Below are positions 34,951 through 43,485 of a DNA stretch of 64,000 nt, in pieces. The stretch is from an uncultured Acidobacteriota bacterium (lineage in GTDB: Bacteria > Acidobacteriota > Thermoanaerobaculia > UBA5066 > Gp7-AA6). The DNA lies in NCBI GenBank assembly GCA_963805495.1, contig CAWDUQ010000002.1:17244-81243 (forward strand), read 5' to 3'. Each line of letters starts with the position of its first letter. Position 1 is the first letter of the stretch. The translations under genes were made by a program, and so were the position numbers. The notes under the pieces are model-generated. The model had not been told where the DNA came from and did not search any database. It was given only the letters and a program-made list of their open reading frames with translations.

Positions 34951-35125
34951 GGCCGGACGAGTGTATCGTCGATCGACGGAGTCGTCCACGCAGAGATTCC
35001 GGCGGGCTTCGAGCACGCCGCACGGTGGCCCCGGCCGGAGGAGGAGCGTACCTGGACAGGTCTTCCGCCCGAGGGGGGGAGCGCGGCATGGTTAGTCCGG
35101 GGAGGCATCGCTGCAAATCGGTCGC

Positions 35126-35668
35126 GTGATCTCGGTTCTGCTGGCATCGGCGCTCGCAGCCTCGGCGGCGGGCAGCGGCGTGGCGGAGCCGACGACGGTC
35201 GCCAGGGTCGACCTCGACCGGTACGCCGGCCGGTGGTACGAGATCGCGCGCTATCCAAACCGGTTCCAGAAGCGCTGCACCGGCGACGTCGTCGCGCGCT
35301 ACACGCTCGAGGCCGACGGGACGATCGGCGTCGACAACGGCTGCCGTGACGGGCGCGGCGGCGAGAGACGCGCCCACGGTGTCGCCCGAAACGTCTCGAC
35401 GGACGGCTCGAACTCGAAACTGAAGGTGCGTTTCGCGCCCCGGGTGCTGGCCTGGCTCCCCTTCGTGTGGGCGAACTACTGGATCCTGGCGCTCGCCGAC
35501 GACTACAGCTACGCGGTCGTCGGGACGCCGGACCGCGAATACCTGTGGATCCTGTCGCGCAGCCCGGCGCTGCCGGAGGCGGTCTTCGAGGATCTCGAGC
35601 GGCGCGTCGCCGCGCAGGGCTACGACCCCGCGCGGCTCGTGCGCACGCCCCAGTCCGGCGCGCGATAA
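35126..35668 (+). CDS. blc: Bacterial lipocalin (Blc-like)
   Basis: VDLDRYAGRWYEIARYPNRFQKRC.. and ..NYWILALADDYSYAVVGTPDREYLWILSR.. are Blc signatures. Confidence 0.9.
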   Translation: MISVLLASALAASAAGSGVAEPTTVARVDLDRYAGRWYEIARYPNRFQKRCTGDVVARYTLEADGTIGVDNGCRDGRGGERRAHGVARNVSTDGSNSKLKVRFAPRVLAWLPFVWANYWILALADDYSYAVVGTPDREYLWILSRSPALPEAVFEDLERRVAAQGYDPARLVRTPQSGAR

Positions 35669-35699
35669 CTCAGAAAGTCAGAAAGTCAGGACTGACCCC
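35669..35699 (-). repeat. Family-1 single unit
   Basis: The reverse complement reads GGGGTCAG TC CTGACTTT CTGACTTT CTGAG. It lies between the blc stop and the response-regulator 3' end and contains the regulator's actual stop codon. Confidence 0.8.
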
Positions 35700-36391
35700 G
35701 CTAGCCGGTGAAGCGGTAGCCGAGTGCGGTGGACCGTGCGGATGTGCTCGGGGTGCGAGGGATTCGTCTCGATCTTCTGCCGGAGCGAGGCGATGTGGAC
35801 GTCGACGGTCCGGGTCGTGGGCGTCGAGTCGTAGCCCCAGACTTTGTCGAGGAGCTCGTCGCGCGAGAGCAGGGCCCCGCGGTTCTGCACGAAATGTTTC
35901 AGGAGCTTGTACTCCAGGGCCGAGAGCTCGATCGGCTCGCCCGAGCGGAAGACCTGGGCCGCGCGGAAGTCGATGCGGACGTCGCCGAAGGAGTAGCCGT
36001 CACCCGTGATCCCGGGGGCCGGGCGTCGGCGCCGGAGCAGCGCCTCGATGCGGGCGAGAAGCTCGATCATCTCGAACGGCTTGGCGAGGTAGTCGTCGGC
36101 GCCGAGCTTCAAGCCCACGACGCGATCGGTGACGTCGCCGCGCGCGGTGAGCATGAGAACCGGCACGTCGCTGCCTCCCTGGCGCAGCTCCCGGCACACG
36201 TCGAAACCGTTCTTTCCGGGCAGCGCGACGTCGAGCAGCAGCACGTCGAACGCCCGGGCCCTTGCGGTCGCGAGCGCCGACACGCCGTCTCCGGCGGTCG
36301 TCACGTCGTAGCCTTCGGCCGCGAGGCGATCGGTGAGCGTGACGACGAGGCTCGGCTCGTCCTCGACCAGCAGAACGCGCGGCAGCTTCAT
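35678..36391 (-). CDS. OmpR/PhoB-family response regulator; the last 10 codons or so look frameshifted
   Basis: Receiver motifs are LLVEDE, LLLDVALPG and DDYLAKPF. The winged-helix part is ..LSALEYKLLKHF..TRTVDVHIASLRQKI... The expected end ..IRTVH..LGYRFTG* is in another frame (TAG at 35701-35703). The encoded tail RTRLPLHRLAGSVLTF runs into the repeat. Confidence 0.9.
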   Translation of the reverse strand: MKLPRVLLVEDEPSLVVTLTDRLAAEGYDVTTAGDGVSALATARARAFDVLLLDVALPGKNGFDVCRELRQGGSDVPVLMLTARGDVTDRVVGLKLGADDYLAKPFEMIELLARIEALLRRRRPAPGITGDGYSFGDVRIDFRAAQVFRSGEPIELSALEYKLLKHFVQNRGALLSRDELLDKVWGYDSTPTTRTVDVHIASLRQKIETNPSHPEHIRTVHRTRLPLHRLAGSVLTF

Positions 36392-38121
36392 GCCGGTCCG
36401 GCCTCGCCGGCGGGTTCCGGGGCGCGCGGGAGCGTGACGATGAAGGTCGTGCCCTCCCGCAGCCGGCTCTCGACGGCGATCGAGCCGCCGAGCGCGTCCA
36501 CGATCCGCCGGACGAGGGAGAGACCGAGGCCCATGCCCCCCACGTTCCCGTGGGCCCGGCTGCCGCGGTAGAAGGGCTCGAAGATCCGCGGCAGCTCCGC
36601 TTCCGGGATGCCGGGGCCGCGGTCCCGGATGGCGACGCGGATGCCGCGTTCGTCGGCCGCCGCGGAGACCGTGACGCGGCCGTCCTCGCCGCCGTACTTG
36701 ATCGCGTTGGAGAGGAGGTTCTCCATCAACGTGCGCACGGCCGGCTCGTCGCCCGCGACCGGCGGCAGCCCCGGCGGGATGTCCGCGTCGACCCGCGCGC
36801 CATTCTGTTCGGCGAGGTGGCGGCAGGCGTCGATGGCCTGGCCGACCGCCTCCTGAAGCGACGCGGAGCCCGAGTGCACGCTCTCGCCGCGGGCCTCGAT
36901 TCCGGCCTGGGCCAGCGCCGACTCGATCAGGCTCGAGAGCCGCCGGCCCTCCCTCTGGATCAGGTCGCCGTACTTCCGGACACGCGGCGCGTCAGCGATG
37001 AGGCCGTCCGAGAGATTCTGCCCCGCCGACCGGATCGCCGCGAGGGGCGTGCGAAGCTCGTGCGTCAGGCTGGCGACGAACTCAACCTGCTGTCGGGCAA
37101 GAAGCGCGGAGCGGTGCGCCGACGTGACGAGCACCGCCACCGCCGCCGCCAGCAGCAGCAGGATGCCGCCGCTGACCGCGAGATTGCGGGTGCGCGTGGC
37201 GTCGACGACGTCGTCGAGCGAGCCCGCGCGGTGCGTGGCCACGAGGAGCCAGGCCGCGTGCGGCATCCGTCCGGGTCCGGGGCCCGCGCCGGGAGGAGGA
37301 GGCCCCTCCGGGGTGCCCCCGTCGCGCCGCGCGAGCGTCCCGGGCTCGGCGACGGGACGCGGTCCGAAGAGCGGGACCTCGGCGTCGGGGACCCGGCCGG
37401 CGGAGGGCGCGAAGTCCGGGCGGCTGCGGTAGAGGATCGGCCGCGGGTCGCCGGCCCCGAGAACGGCGATGTCGTAGTCGCCGCGGACGCCGAAGTGGCG
37501 CGCGACGAGCTGCGGAAGTATCCGGCTCGAGATCGCGGCGCCGTCGAGGCGCACCAGCAGCCCTTCGCCGGACTCGAGGACGCCGAGGACAAGAACCGGC
37601 GGATCGTCGAGCAGGCGGATGAAGGACATGCGGGGCGGGCCGGGTCGGTCGCCGCTCCCGGTCGGCGGCTCGGGCGGCCGGTCGCTCCCGGCCGCGAGGA
37701 CCTGTCTCACGCCGGCGAGCTCGGCCGGCCAGGGTGTCGACGAAAGTCGGCCGGAGGAATCCATCTGCTCGAAGGACCAGTTCCCGCGCCCGTCCCGGCG
37801 GACCACGTCGACGCCCGCAACGAGCGATGGGAAGCGGGCGTCGGCCGCCCACCTTGCGCGGGCGGCCGCAAGACCGGCGGCGAGGTCGGCGTCGCCGCGG
37901 GGCCGGAGCGCCTCGCCGAAGGTCCGCATGGCGCGCCCCACCTCGCGGTCGAACTCGATCGCAACCGCGTCGGCCGCCGCGCGGGCCGAGGCCTGGAGGC
38001 GCTCGCGCTCGGCGTCGCGAACCTCTCCGATCCAGCGGAACTGGAGGGTGGCGAGGACCGCGAGGAGCGCGAAGAGGAGGCCCGCGGCGAAGAGCGAGTT
38101 GCGAATCGCGCTGCGCGCCAT
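36388..38121 (-). CDS. Sensor histidine kinase
   Basis: H-box SLTHELRTPL, N-box NLLSNAIKY, and DRGPGI / GGMGLGLS are present. There are two TM segments around a periplasmic domain. An ATGA overlap links it to the regulator gene. Confidence 0.9.
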   Translation of the reverse strand: MARSAIRNSLFAAGLLFALLAVLATLQFRWIGEVRDAERERLQASARAAADAVAIEFDREVGRAMRTFGEALRPRGDADLAAGLAAARARWAADARFPSLVAGVDVVRRDGRGNWSFEQMDSSGRLSSTPWPAELAGVRQVLAAGSDRPPEPPTGSGDRPGPPRMSFIRLLDDPPVLVLGVLESGEGLLVRLDGAAISSRILPQLVARHFGVRGDYDIAVLGAGDPRPILYRSRPDFAPSAGRVPDAEVPLFGPRPVAEPGTLARRDGGTPEGPPPPGAGPGPGRMPHAAWLLVATHRAGSLDDVVDATRTRNLAVSGGILLLLAAAVAVLVTSAHRSALLARQQVEFVASLTHELRTPLAAIRSAGQNLSDGLIADAPRVRKYGDLIQREGRRLSSLIESALAQAGIEARGESVHSGSASLQEAVGQAIDACRHLAEQNGARVDADIPPGLPPVAGDEPAVRTLMENLLSNAIKYGGEDGRVTVSAAADERGIRVAIRDRGPGIPEAELPRIFEPFYRGSRAHGNVGGMGLGLSLVRRIVDALGGSIAVESRLREGTTFIVTLPRAPEPAGEAGPA

Positions 38122-38274
38122 GCGGGCAATCTAGCATCGGGTCCGGCCGGGCCGGGGCGATCCCGGACGGATTTACATCTCTTACCGAAGCCTTGCCGCG
38201 CCGTGATGACCCGGGGGCGCGCGACGCGAGATCCTTCCCGTCGTTCGCGGCGAGACCGCGGAAAGGAGCCGGAC

Positions 38275-38781
38275 ATGACGAGGGTGGGGAAGACCGGGCT
38301 CGGCATCGCGGGCGGTTTGGTCCTGGCGGGGTCCCTGGCCTTTGCGCAGGATGCGGGGCGGCGGCCGCTCCTGCCTGGCGGCGGTGCGGGACACGGGCGC
38401 TGCGGCGAGAAGCTCGTCCAGTCGCTCGGCCTGTCGGCGGACCAGCAGGCCGCGCTCGAGACGCTGCGGAACGAAACCGCGGACGCGATCCGCCCGCTCG
38501 CCGAGCAGCTGCATGCGCTCCACGGGCAGATCGAGACCGCGGCCGACGGCGCGAGCCCGGACGCGTGCGCGATCGGCGGCCTGGTGATCCAGGGCAAGGC
38601 GATCCGTTCTCAGATGGACGAGGTACGGAAGACCGCCGAAGCGACGTTCGTCGCGGGGTTGTCGGCCGACCAGAAGGCGACGTACGATGGCTACGTTTCG
38701 ATCAATCCGGAATGCACGGCGGTCGGAGCCGGCTTCATGCGGCCGTTCCCGATGGAGCCTCCCCGGGCGCAGCACTTCTGA
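38275..38781 (+). CDS. Periplasmic CpxP/Spy-like (LTxxQ-motif) protein
   Basis: AAAGGAG lies upstream of the ATG and there is a signal peptide. Two LSADQ(Q/K) motifs sit in helical context. The gene is divergent from the two-component operon. Confidence 0.6.
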   Translation: MTRVGKTGLGIAGGLVLAGSLAFAQDAGRRPLLPGGGAGHGRCGEKLVQSLGLSADQQAALETLRNETADAIRPLAEQLHALHGQIETAADGASPDACAIGGLVIQGKAIRSQMDEVRKTAEATFVAGLSADQKATYDGYVSINPECTAVGAGFMRPFPMEPPRAQHF

Positions 38782-38835
38782 AGCGCGGGCCGCACGGCGG
38801 CCACGGCTGGCGCGAGTCTTGCTCGTTCGGAGGGA

Positions 38836-39591
38836 ATGGAACCAGAAGTCGGCATCTTCGAATCGCGGGAGAGCGCGCTCGCGGCGGCTCGTGAGTTGCG
38901 CGATCGCGGGATTCCGCACGACCGCATCGAGCTTCTTCTTCCGGGCCACCAGGGCGAGGCGGAATCCGCCGTTCCGACCGACGAGGCGGAGCAGCCCGGC
39001 GTCGGCCGCGCGCTCGGAGGCGTGACGGGCGGGGCGATCGGGGCCTCGGCCGGCCTCGGCATCGGCGCCGCGGTGGCGAGCCTGATGCTCCCGGGCGTCG
39101 GCGCCGTGACGGCGATCGGCCTCGCGGCGGCGGCGCTCTTCGGGGCGGGCGGCGCGGCGGCCGGGATCGCGGCCGGCGGCGCGCTCGAGGACCGGAGCTA
39201 CCGCGGGCTCCCGAAGGACGAGCTCTATCTTTACGAGGATGCCCTGGCGCACGGGCGCGCGGTGCTCTTCGCGACGCCGGACTCGCAAGGGCAGGCGGAA
39301 GCGGTCAAGGCGGTCATCCTTGCGGCCGGCGCGGAGAGCCTCGATGCCGCGCGCGATGCGTTCTGGGTCGGCATCCGCGACGCGGAGAAGGCGCACTACG
39401 AGTCTTCGCCGTCCCGCGAGCCCTTTCGCTCCGTGGAGGGCGCCTATCGACGCGGATATCTCGCGGGCCTGACCGGCAGGGCCGCCCCCGAGGGCGAGCT
39501 GCGGTCGAACGCCGAGAAGGACGCGTACCGCACAGGTTTCGAGCGGGCGCGTTCGCGCCAGCGCGCCGAGACGACGGCCTCGGTCCACTGA
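38836..39591 (+). CDS. Membrane protein with a glycine-zipper segment (general-stress-protein-like)
   Basis: The central segment GGVTGGAIGASAGLGIGAAVASLMLPGVGAVTAIGLAAAALFGAGGAAAGIAAGG is flanked by soluble domains. Confidence 0.5.
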   Translation: MEPEVGIFESRESALAAARELRDRGIPHDRIELLLPGHQGEAESAVPTDEAEQPGVGRALGGVTGGAIGASAGLGIGAAVASLMLPGVGAVTAIGLAAAALFGAGGAAAGIAAGGALEDRSYRGLPKDELYLYEDALAHGRAVLFATPDSQGQAEAVKAVILAAGAESLDAARDAFWVGIRDAEKAHYESSPSREPFRSVEGAYRRGYLAGLTGRAAPEGELRSNAEKDAYRTGFERARSRQRAETTASVH

Positions 39592-39686
39592 TTCTGGCCG
39601 TGGCGGGCGATCGCGTGACTCCCCGCGCGCGAGTCACTCAGGGCCTCTGGCACCGTGATTGCTCCTCCGAGACTTCGGAGGTGAAC

Positions 39687-40889
39687 ATGCAGAAGAAGAC
39701 TGTGCTGTTCGCGGCGATTTTTGCGGGCGTCCTCGCCGTCGCCGCACCCTCGGCTCCGGCGCGCGCAGATGTCGCCGTGAGCTTCTCGTTTTTTCACCGG
39801 AACCTCTCGCCGTACGGCCGGTGGGTTTCCGTGGGGTCCTACGGCCAGTGCTGGGCTCCCGCCGGCGTCCTGGCCGGCTGGCAGCCGTACACGGTGGGCC
39901 ACTGGATTTACACCGACTACGGCTGGACCTGGGTGTCCTCGGATCCCTGGGGCGACGTCACGTACCGCTACGGAACCTGGACCCTCGCGCCGCCTTATGG
40001 CTGGGTGTGGGTCCCGGGGTTCGTCTGGGCGCCGTCCTGGGTGACGTGGTCGTACACGGATGACTACGTGGGATGGGCTCCGATTCCGCCCACGTTCTCG
40101 CTGTCGGTCTCGGGCTACGTCGGGGCCCCGGTCATCGTCAGCCGGACGGCCTACGTCTTCGTCCCGACCAACCGATTCGTCAACGCGGACGTGACTCGTG
40201 TGCGGGTCCCCGTCCAGGACAACTCCGTCATTCTCGCGCGCAGCCGGAAGGTGACGCGCTTCCCGGTCTCGGGTGGCATCGTCCGGAACCAGGGACCCGA
40301 GCCCGCCCGGATCGAGCGGGTGGCGAAGGTCTCCATCCCGCGAGCGGGAGCCGGCGAAGTCGGGATCGCGCCGGTCCGTGTCGACGCCCATCGGAGCGGG
40401 AACCGGATCTCCGTGGTCGCTCCGGCCTCCGCCAAGAAGACGGAAGGCCGGGCGGTCTCGGCGACCGGGAAGTCCTCGTCCGGCAAGCGGAGCACGCACA
40501 ATGAAGGCGCTCGGCCGCCCGCGTCGCGCGAATCGCAACCCAGGGCCACCCACGAAACGCATCCTTCGCACGACAAGGATCGCTCCGTCAAGGTCGAGGA
40601 GAAGCCGAGCCACGGAACGGCGGCGCGGCCGCCGGAAACCCGGGAATCGGTGCCCTCGCGCCAGAAGGCCCGGCCCGAGACTCACGAGTCGACGGCGACG
40701 CACCAGGCCCGCGCGGAGGAACACGTGCGCCCCGGCGAGAAGCCGGCTCCGAAGGAGTCTGCGCATTCCGAATCGGCCCGGCCGAGCGAGCCTCACGGAG
40801 CGCCGCAGAATGAGAAGCGCGCGCACGCGAAAAAGCCCCCGGCCAGGCCCCGGCCCGAGAAGGCGGACAAGGGCGAGAAGCCTTCCTGA
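39687..40889 (+). CDS. Secreted protein with Y/W-x-W-G-x-W-type repeats and a long basic low-complexity tail
   Basis: GGAGGTG lies upstream of the ATG and there is a signal peptide. The repeats are YGRWVSVGSYGQCWAP, GHWIYTDYGWTWVS and YGTWTLAPPYGWVWVPG. The last 160 aa or so are rich in His, Lys, Pro, Glu and Ser. Confidence 0.6.
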   Translation: MQKKTVLFAAIFAGVLAVAAPSAPARADVAVSFSFFHRNLSPYGRWVSVGSYGQCWAPAGVLAGWQPYTVGHWIYTDYGWTWVSSDPWGDVTYRYGTWTLAPPYGWVWVPGFVWAPSWVTWSYTDDYVGWAPIPPTFSLSVSGYVGAPVIVSRTAYVFVPTNRFVNADVTRVRVPVQDNSVILARSRKVTRFPVSGGIVRNQGPEPARIERVAKVSIPRAGAGEVGIAPVRVDAHRSGNRISVVAPASAKKTEGRAVSATGKSSSGKRSTHNEGARPPASRESQPRATHETHPSHDKDRSVKVEEKPSHGTAARPPETRESVPSRQKARPETHESTATHQARAEEHVRPGEKPAPKESAHSESARPSEPHGAPQNEKRAHAKKPPARPRPEKADKGEKPS

Positions 40890-40899
40890 AGCAGGTCGC

Positions 40900-41601
40900 A
40901 TGGACGACATCGAGAAGGGCGGACGCCGAGTCCGCCCTTCGATGTATTCGGGCGGGCCGGCCCGGACGCGCTCCGGCGGTATAGTCACCGCCGTGCGGGC
41001 GGAGCGGTCGGGCCCCCTGACCGGCGTCGTTCTCGCGGCGGGCGCTTCCACGCGCATGGGCGAGAACAAGCTGTTCCTGCGCGTCGGCGGCGAGACGATG
41101 CTCCGGCGGGTGGTCCGGCGGGCGCTCGGGGCCGGGCTCGATCCGGTGATCGTGGTTCTCGGCCACGAGGCGGACCGGGCGCAGTGGGAGCTCGCGGACA
41201 TCGGAGCCGTTTCGGTCCGCAATCCGGACTTCGCGGCCGGCCAGCACACTTCGTTCCGGGCCGGGATCGCGGCGGTGCCTCCCGGCGCGTCCGGCGCCGT
41301 CGTCCTGCTCGCCGACATGCCCCACGTGGACGAGGCCATGATCGCCGCGCTCGTCGACCGTTACCGCGAATCCGGGAGTCCCCTCGTGATCTCCGAGTAC
41401 GGGGGCGTCCATGCGCCGCCGACCCTCTACGACCGGGCGCTCTTCGAAGAGATCGCGGCGATGACCGGAGGCGGCTGCGGACGCCAGGTGGTCGAGCGCC
41501 ACCGCGCCGAGGCGGGCGTCGTCGCCTGGCCCGCCGAGAAGCTCGCGGACCTCGACTCGCCGGCGGACGTCGAGAATCTCCGCGCGTCCGGGGCCGCGTA
41601 G
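40900..41601 (+). CDS. mocA: MobA/MocA-like molybdenum cofactor cytidylyltransferase
   Basis: GVVLAAGASTRMGENKL is the NTP-transferase P-loop-like motif, and ..LLADMP.. is present. The start is uncertain: ATG 40900, ATG 40942 or GTG 40993. Confidence 0.8.
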   Translation: MDDIEKGGRRVRPSMYSGGPARTRSGGIVTAVRAERSGPLTGVVLAAGASTRMGENKLFLRVGGETMLRRVVRRALGAGLDPVIVVLGHEADRAQWELADIGAVSVRNPDFAAGQHTSFRAGIAAVPPGASGAVVLLADMPHVDEAMIAALVDRYRESGSPLVISEYGGVHAPPTLYDRALFEEIAAMTGGGCGRQVVERHRAEAGVVAWPAEKLADLDSPADVENLRASGAA

Positions 41602-41605
41602 CCGC

Positions 41606-42589
41606 ATGCGCGCCGACCTCCTCGCCCTCGCGGGCCGGCTCGCCGAAAAGGAGGAGGCCTTCGCCCTGGCGACGGTCGTGCGCCGGCAGGCCGCTTCGAG
41701 CGCCCAGGCCGGCGACGGGGCGCTCATCACGGCGGACGGCGCCTTCCACGGCTGGCTCGGGGGAAGCTGCACGCAGCCGACCGTGATCCGCGAGGCGCTC
41801 AAGGCGATCACCGACGGCGCGCCGCGTCTGATCGCGCTCGCGCCGGACCCGCAATCCGAAAAACGCCCCGGGATCCTGGTGTTTCCGATGACCTGCCACA
41901 GTGGAGGCAGCGTGGACATATACATCGAACCGGTCCTGCCGCCGGCGCGGCTACTCGTCTTCGGAGTCTCGCCCGTCGCGCAGGCGCTCGCGCGGCTGGG
42001 TCGCGCGATGGGCTACGCGGTCCACGTGGCCGACCCGGCGGCGGAGCCGGGCGCGTTTCCGGGCGCCGAGCGGCTCTGGACCGGTCCCGACGAGGTGCTG
42101 GCGCTGCCGGGCGGCCGCCCCTGGGCGGTCGTCGCGACGATGGGCGAGCGCGACGAGGCCGCGGTCCGGGCCGCGCTCTCGGCCGATCCGGCCTACCTCG
42201 GCGTCGTCGCGAGCTCGAAGCGTTTCGGAGAGATCCGCGAGTCGCTCCTCTCCGGCGGCGTCGACGCGCAGGCCCTCGCCCGGATCCAGAGCCCCGCGGG
42301 CCTCGACATCGGCGCGCGCGCCCCGGAGGAGATCGCGGTCTCGATCCTCGCCGAGATCGTGCGCGTGCGCCGGTCCGGTGCGGAGCCGGCCCGCGCGCCG
42401 GCGGGTCTTCCCGTCGTGGAGGCGCGCGAGGAGCGCGACCCGGTCTGCGGAATGACGGTCGAGGTCTCCGGCGCGCGCCACCGGGCGGAGGTCGGAGGCC
42501 GCACCTGGTATTTCTGCTGCGGGGGGTGCCGCGAGAAGTTCCTCGCGGCCCCGGCGCGCTTCGCGCCGGCAGCGGGAGCGGGCGCGTGA
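41606..42589 (+). CDS. XdhC/CoxF-type molybdoenzyme maturation factor fused to a C-terminal YHS/TRASH metal-binding domain
   Basis: The XdhC_CoxI N-domain is ..FALATVVRRQAASSAQAGDGALI... A Rossmann-like domain LLVFGVSPVAQALARL follows. The C-terminus DPVCGMTVEVSGARHRAEVGGRTWYFCCGGCREKFLAAPARF fits the YHS pattern. Confidence 0.85.
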   Translation: MRADLLALAGRLAEKEEAFALATVVRRQAASSAQAGDGALITADGAFHGWLGGSCTQPTVIREALKAITDGAPRLIALAPDPQSEKRPGILVFPMTCHSGGSVDIYIEPVLPPARLLVFGVSPVAQALARLGRAMGYAVHVADPAAEPGAFPGAERLWTGPDEVLALPGGRPWAVVATMGERDEAAVRAALSADPAYLGVVASSKRFGEIRESLLSGGVDAQALARIQSPAGLDIGARAPEEIAVSILAEIVRVRRSGAEPARAPAGLPVVEAREERDPVCGMTVEVSGARHRAEVGGRTWYFCCGGCREKFLAAPARFAPAAGAGA

Positions 42590-43485
42590 GGCAGGAGATC
42601 CGGGCGATCCAGGAAGGGATGGAGCGCCAGGGGTACATCGCCGAGCCGGCGATCGCGACCTCTCTTTTCCTCTCGACCGAGATGGGCAAGCCCCTCCTCG
42701 TCGAGGGCGACGCCGGCGTCGGAAAGACCGAAATCGCGAAGGTCCTGGCGCGCCTGCTCGGCCGGCCGCTGATCCGCCTGCAGTGCTACGAGGGGCTCGA
42801 CGTCCAGACCGCGCTCTACGAGTGGGACTACCCGAGGCAGATGCTCCGCCTGCGGATGGCGGGGGAGAGCGGCATGGACCCCGAAGCCGCCGAGCACGTC
42901 ATCTTCTCGCGCAAGTACCTCCTGGAGAGGCCGATCCTGCAGGCCATCACCCTGAAAGACGGGCCGGCCGTGCTCCTCATCGACGAGATCGACCGGGCCG
43001 ACGACGGGTTCGAGGCGTTCCTCCTCGAAGTGCTCTCGGACTTCCAGGTCACGATCCCGGAGCTCGGGACGATCCGCGCCGAGCACCGGCCCCACGTCGT
43101 CCTGACGTCCAATCGGACGCGCGAGATCGGGGACGCGCTGCGCCGCCGCTGTCTCTACCTCTATGTCGAGCACCCGAGCTTCGAAAAGGAGGTCCGCATC
43201 ATCCGGGCGCGCGTGCCCGGGGCGAGCGAGAAGTTGTCGGCCGAGATCGGACGCTTCCTGCAGGCGCTGCGCGGGCGGCGCCTGCTCAAGGCGCCGGGCG
43301 TGGCCGAGACGATCGACTGGGCGCAGGCCCTCGTGCGCCTCCACCGCGACGGCCTCGACGCCGAGACCGTCCAGCAGACGCTGGGTTGCCTGCTCAAGGA
43401 TCACAACGACATCGTCGACCTGGCCGCCCCCGAGCTTTCGACCCTCGTCGACGGGGCGCGCGCCGAGGCGGCTTCGATAGGATGA
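42586..43485 (+). CDS. coxD: MoxR-like AAA+ ATPase (CoxD-type)
   Basis: Walker A GDAGVGKT and Walker B LLIDEIDRA are present. The GTG start overlaps the upstream stop (GTGA). Confidence 0.9.
   Translation: MRQEIRAIQEGMERQGYIAEPAIATSLFLSTEMGKPLLVEGDAGVGKTEIAKVLARLLGRPLIRLQCYEGLDVQTALYEWDYPRQMLRLRMAGESGMDPEAAEHVIFSRKYLLERPILQAITLKDGPAVLLIDEIDRADDGFEAFLLEVLSDFQVTIPELGTIRAEHRPHVVLTSNRTREIGDALRRRCLYLYVEHPSFEKEVRIIRARVPGASEKLSAEIGRFLQALRGRRLLKAPGVAETIDWAQALVRLHRDGLDAETVQQTLGCLLKDHNDIVDLAAPELSTLVDGARAEAASIG

Noticed and set aside
30760-35377. Very long ORFs (1529 aa on the plus strand, 912 aa on the minus strand in another frame) over the esterase and propeller-SLH genes.
   Set aside because: They have no motifs and extreme Arg/Gly/Asp/Pro composition. 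They overlap genes with clear signal peptides, repeats and domain motifs.
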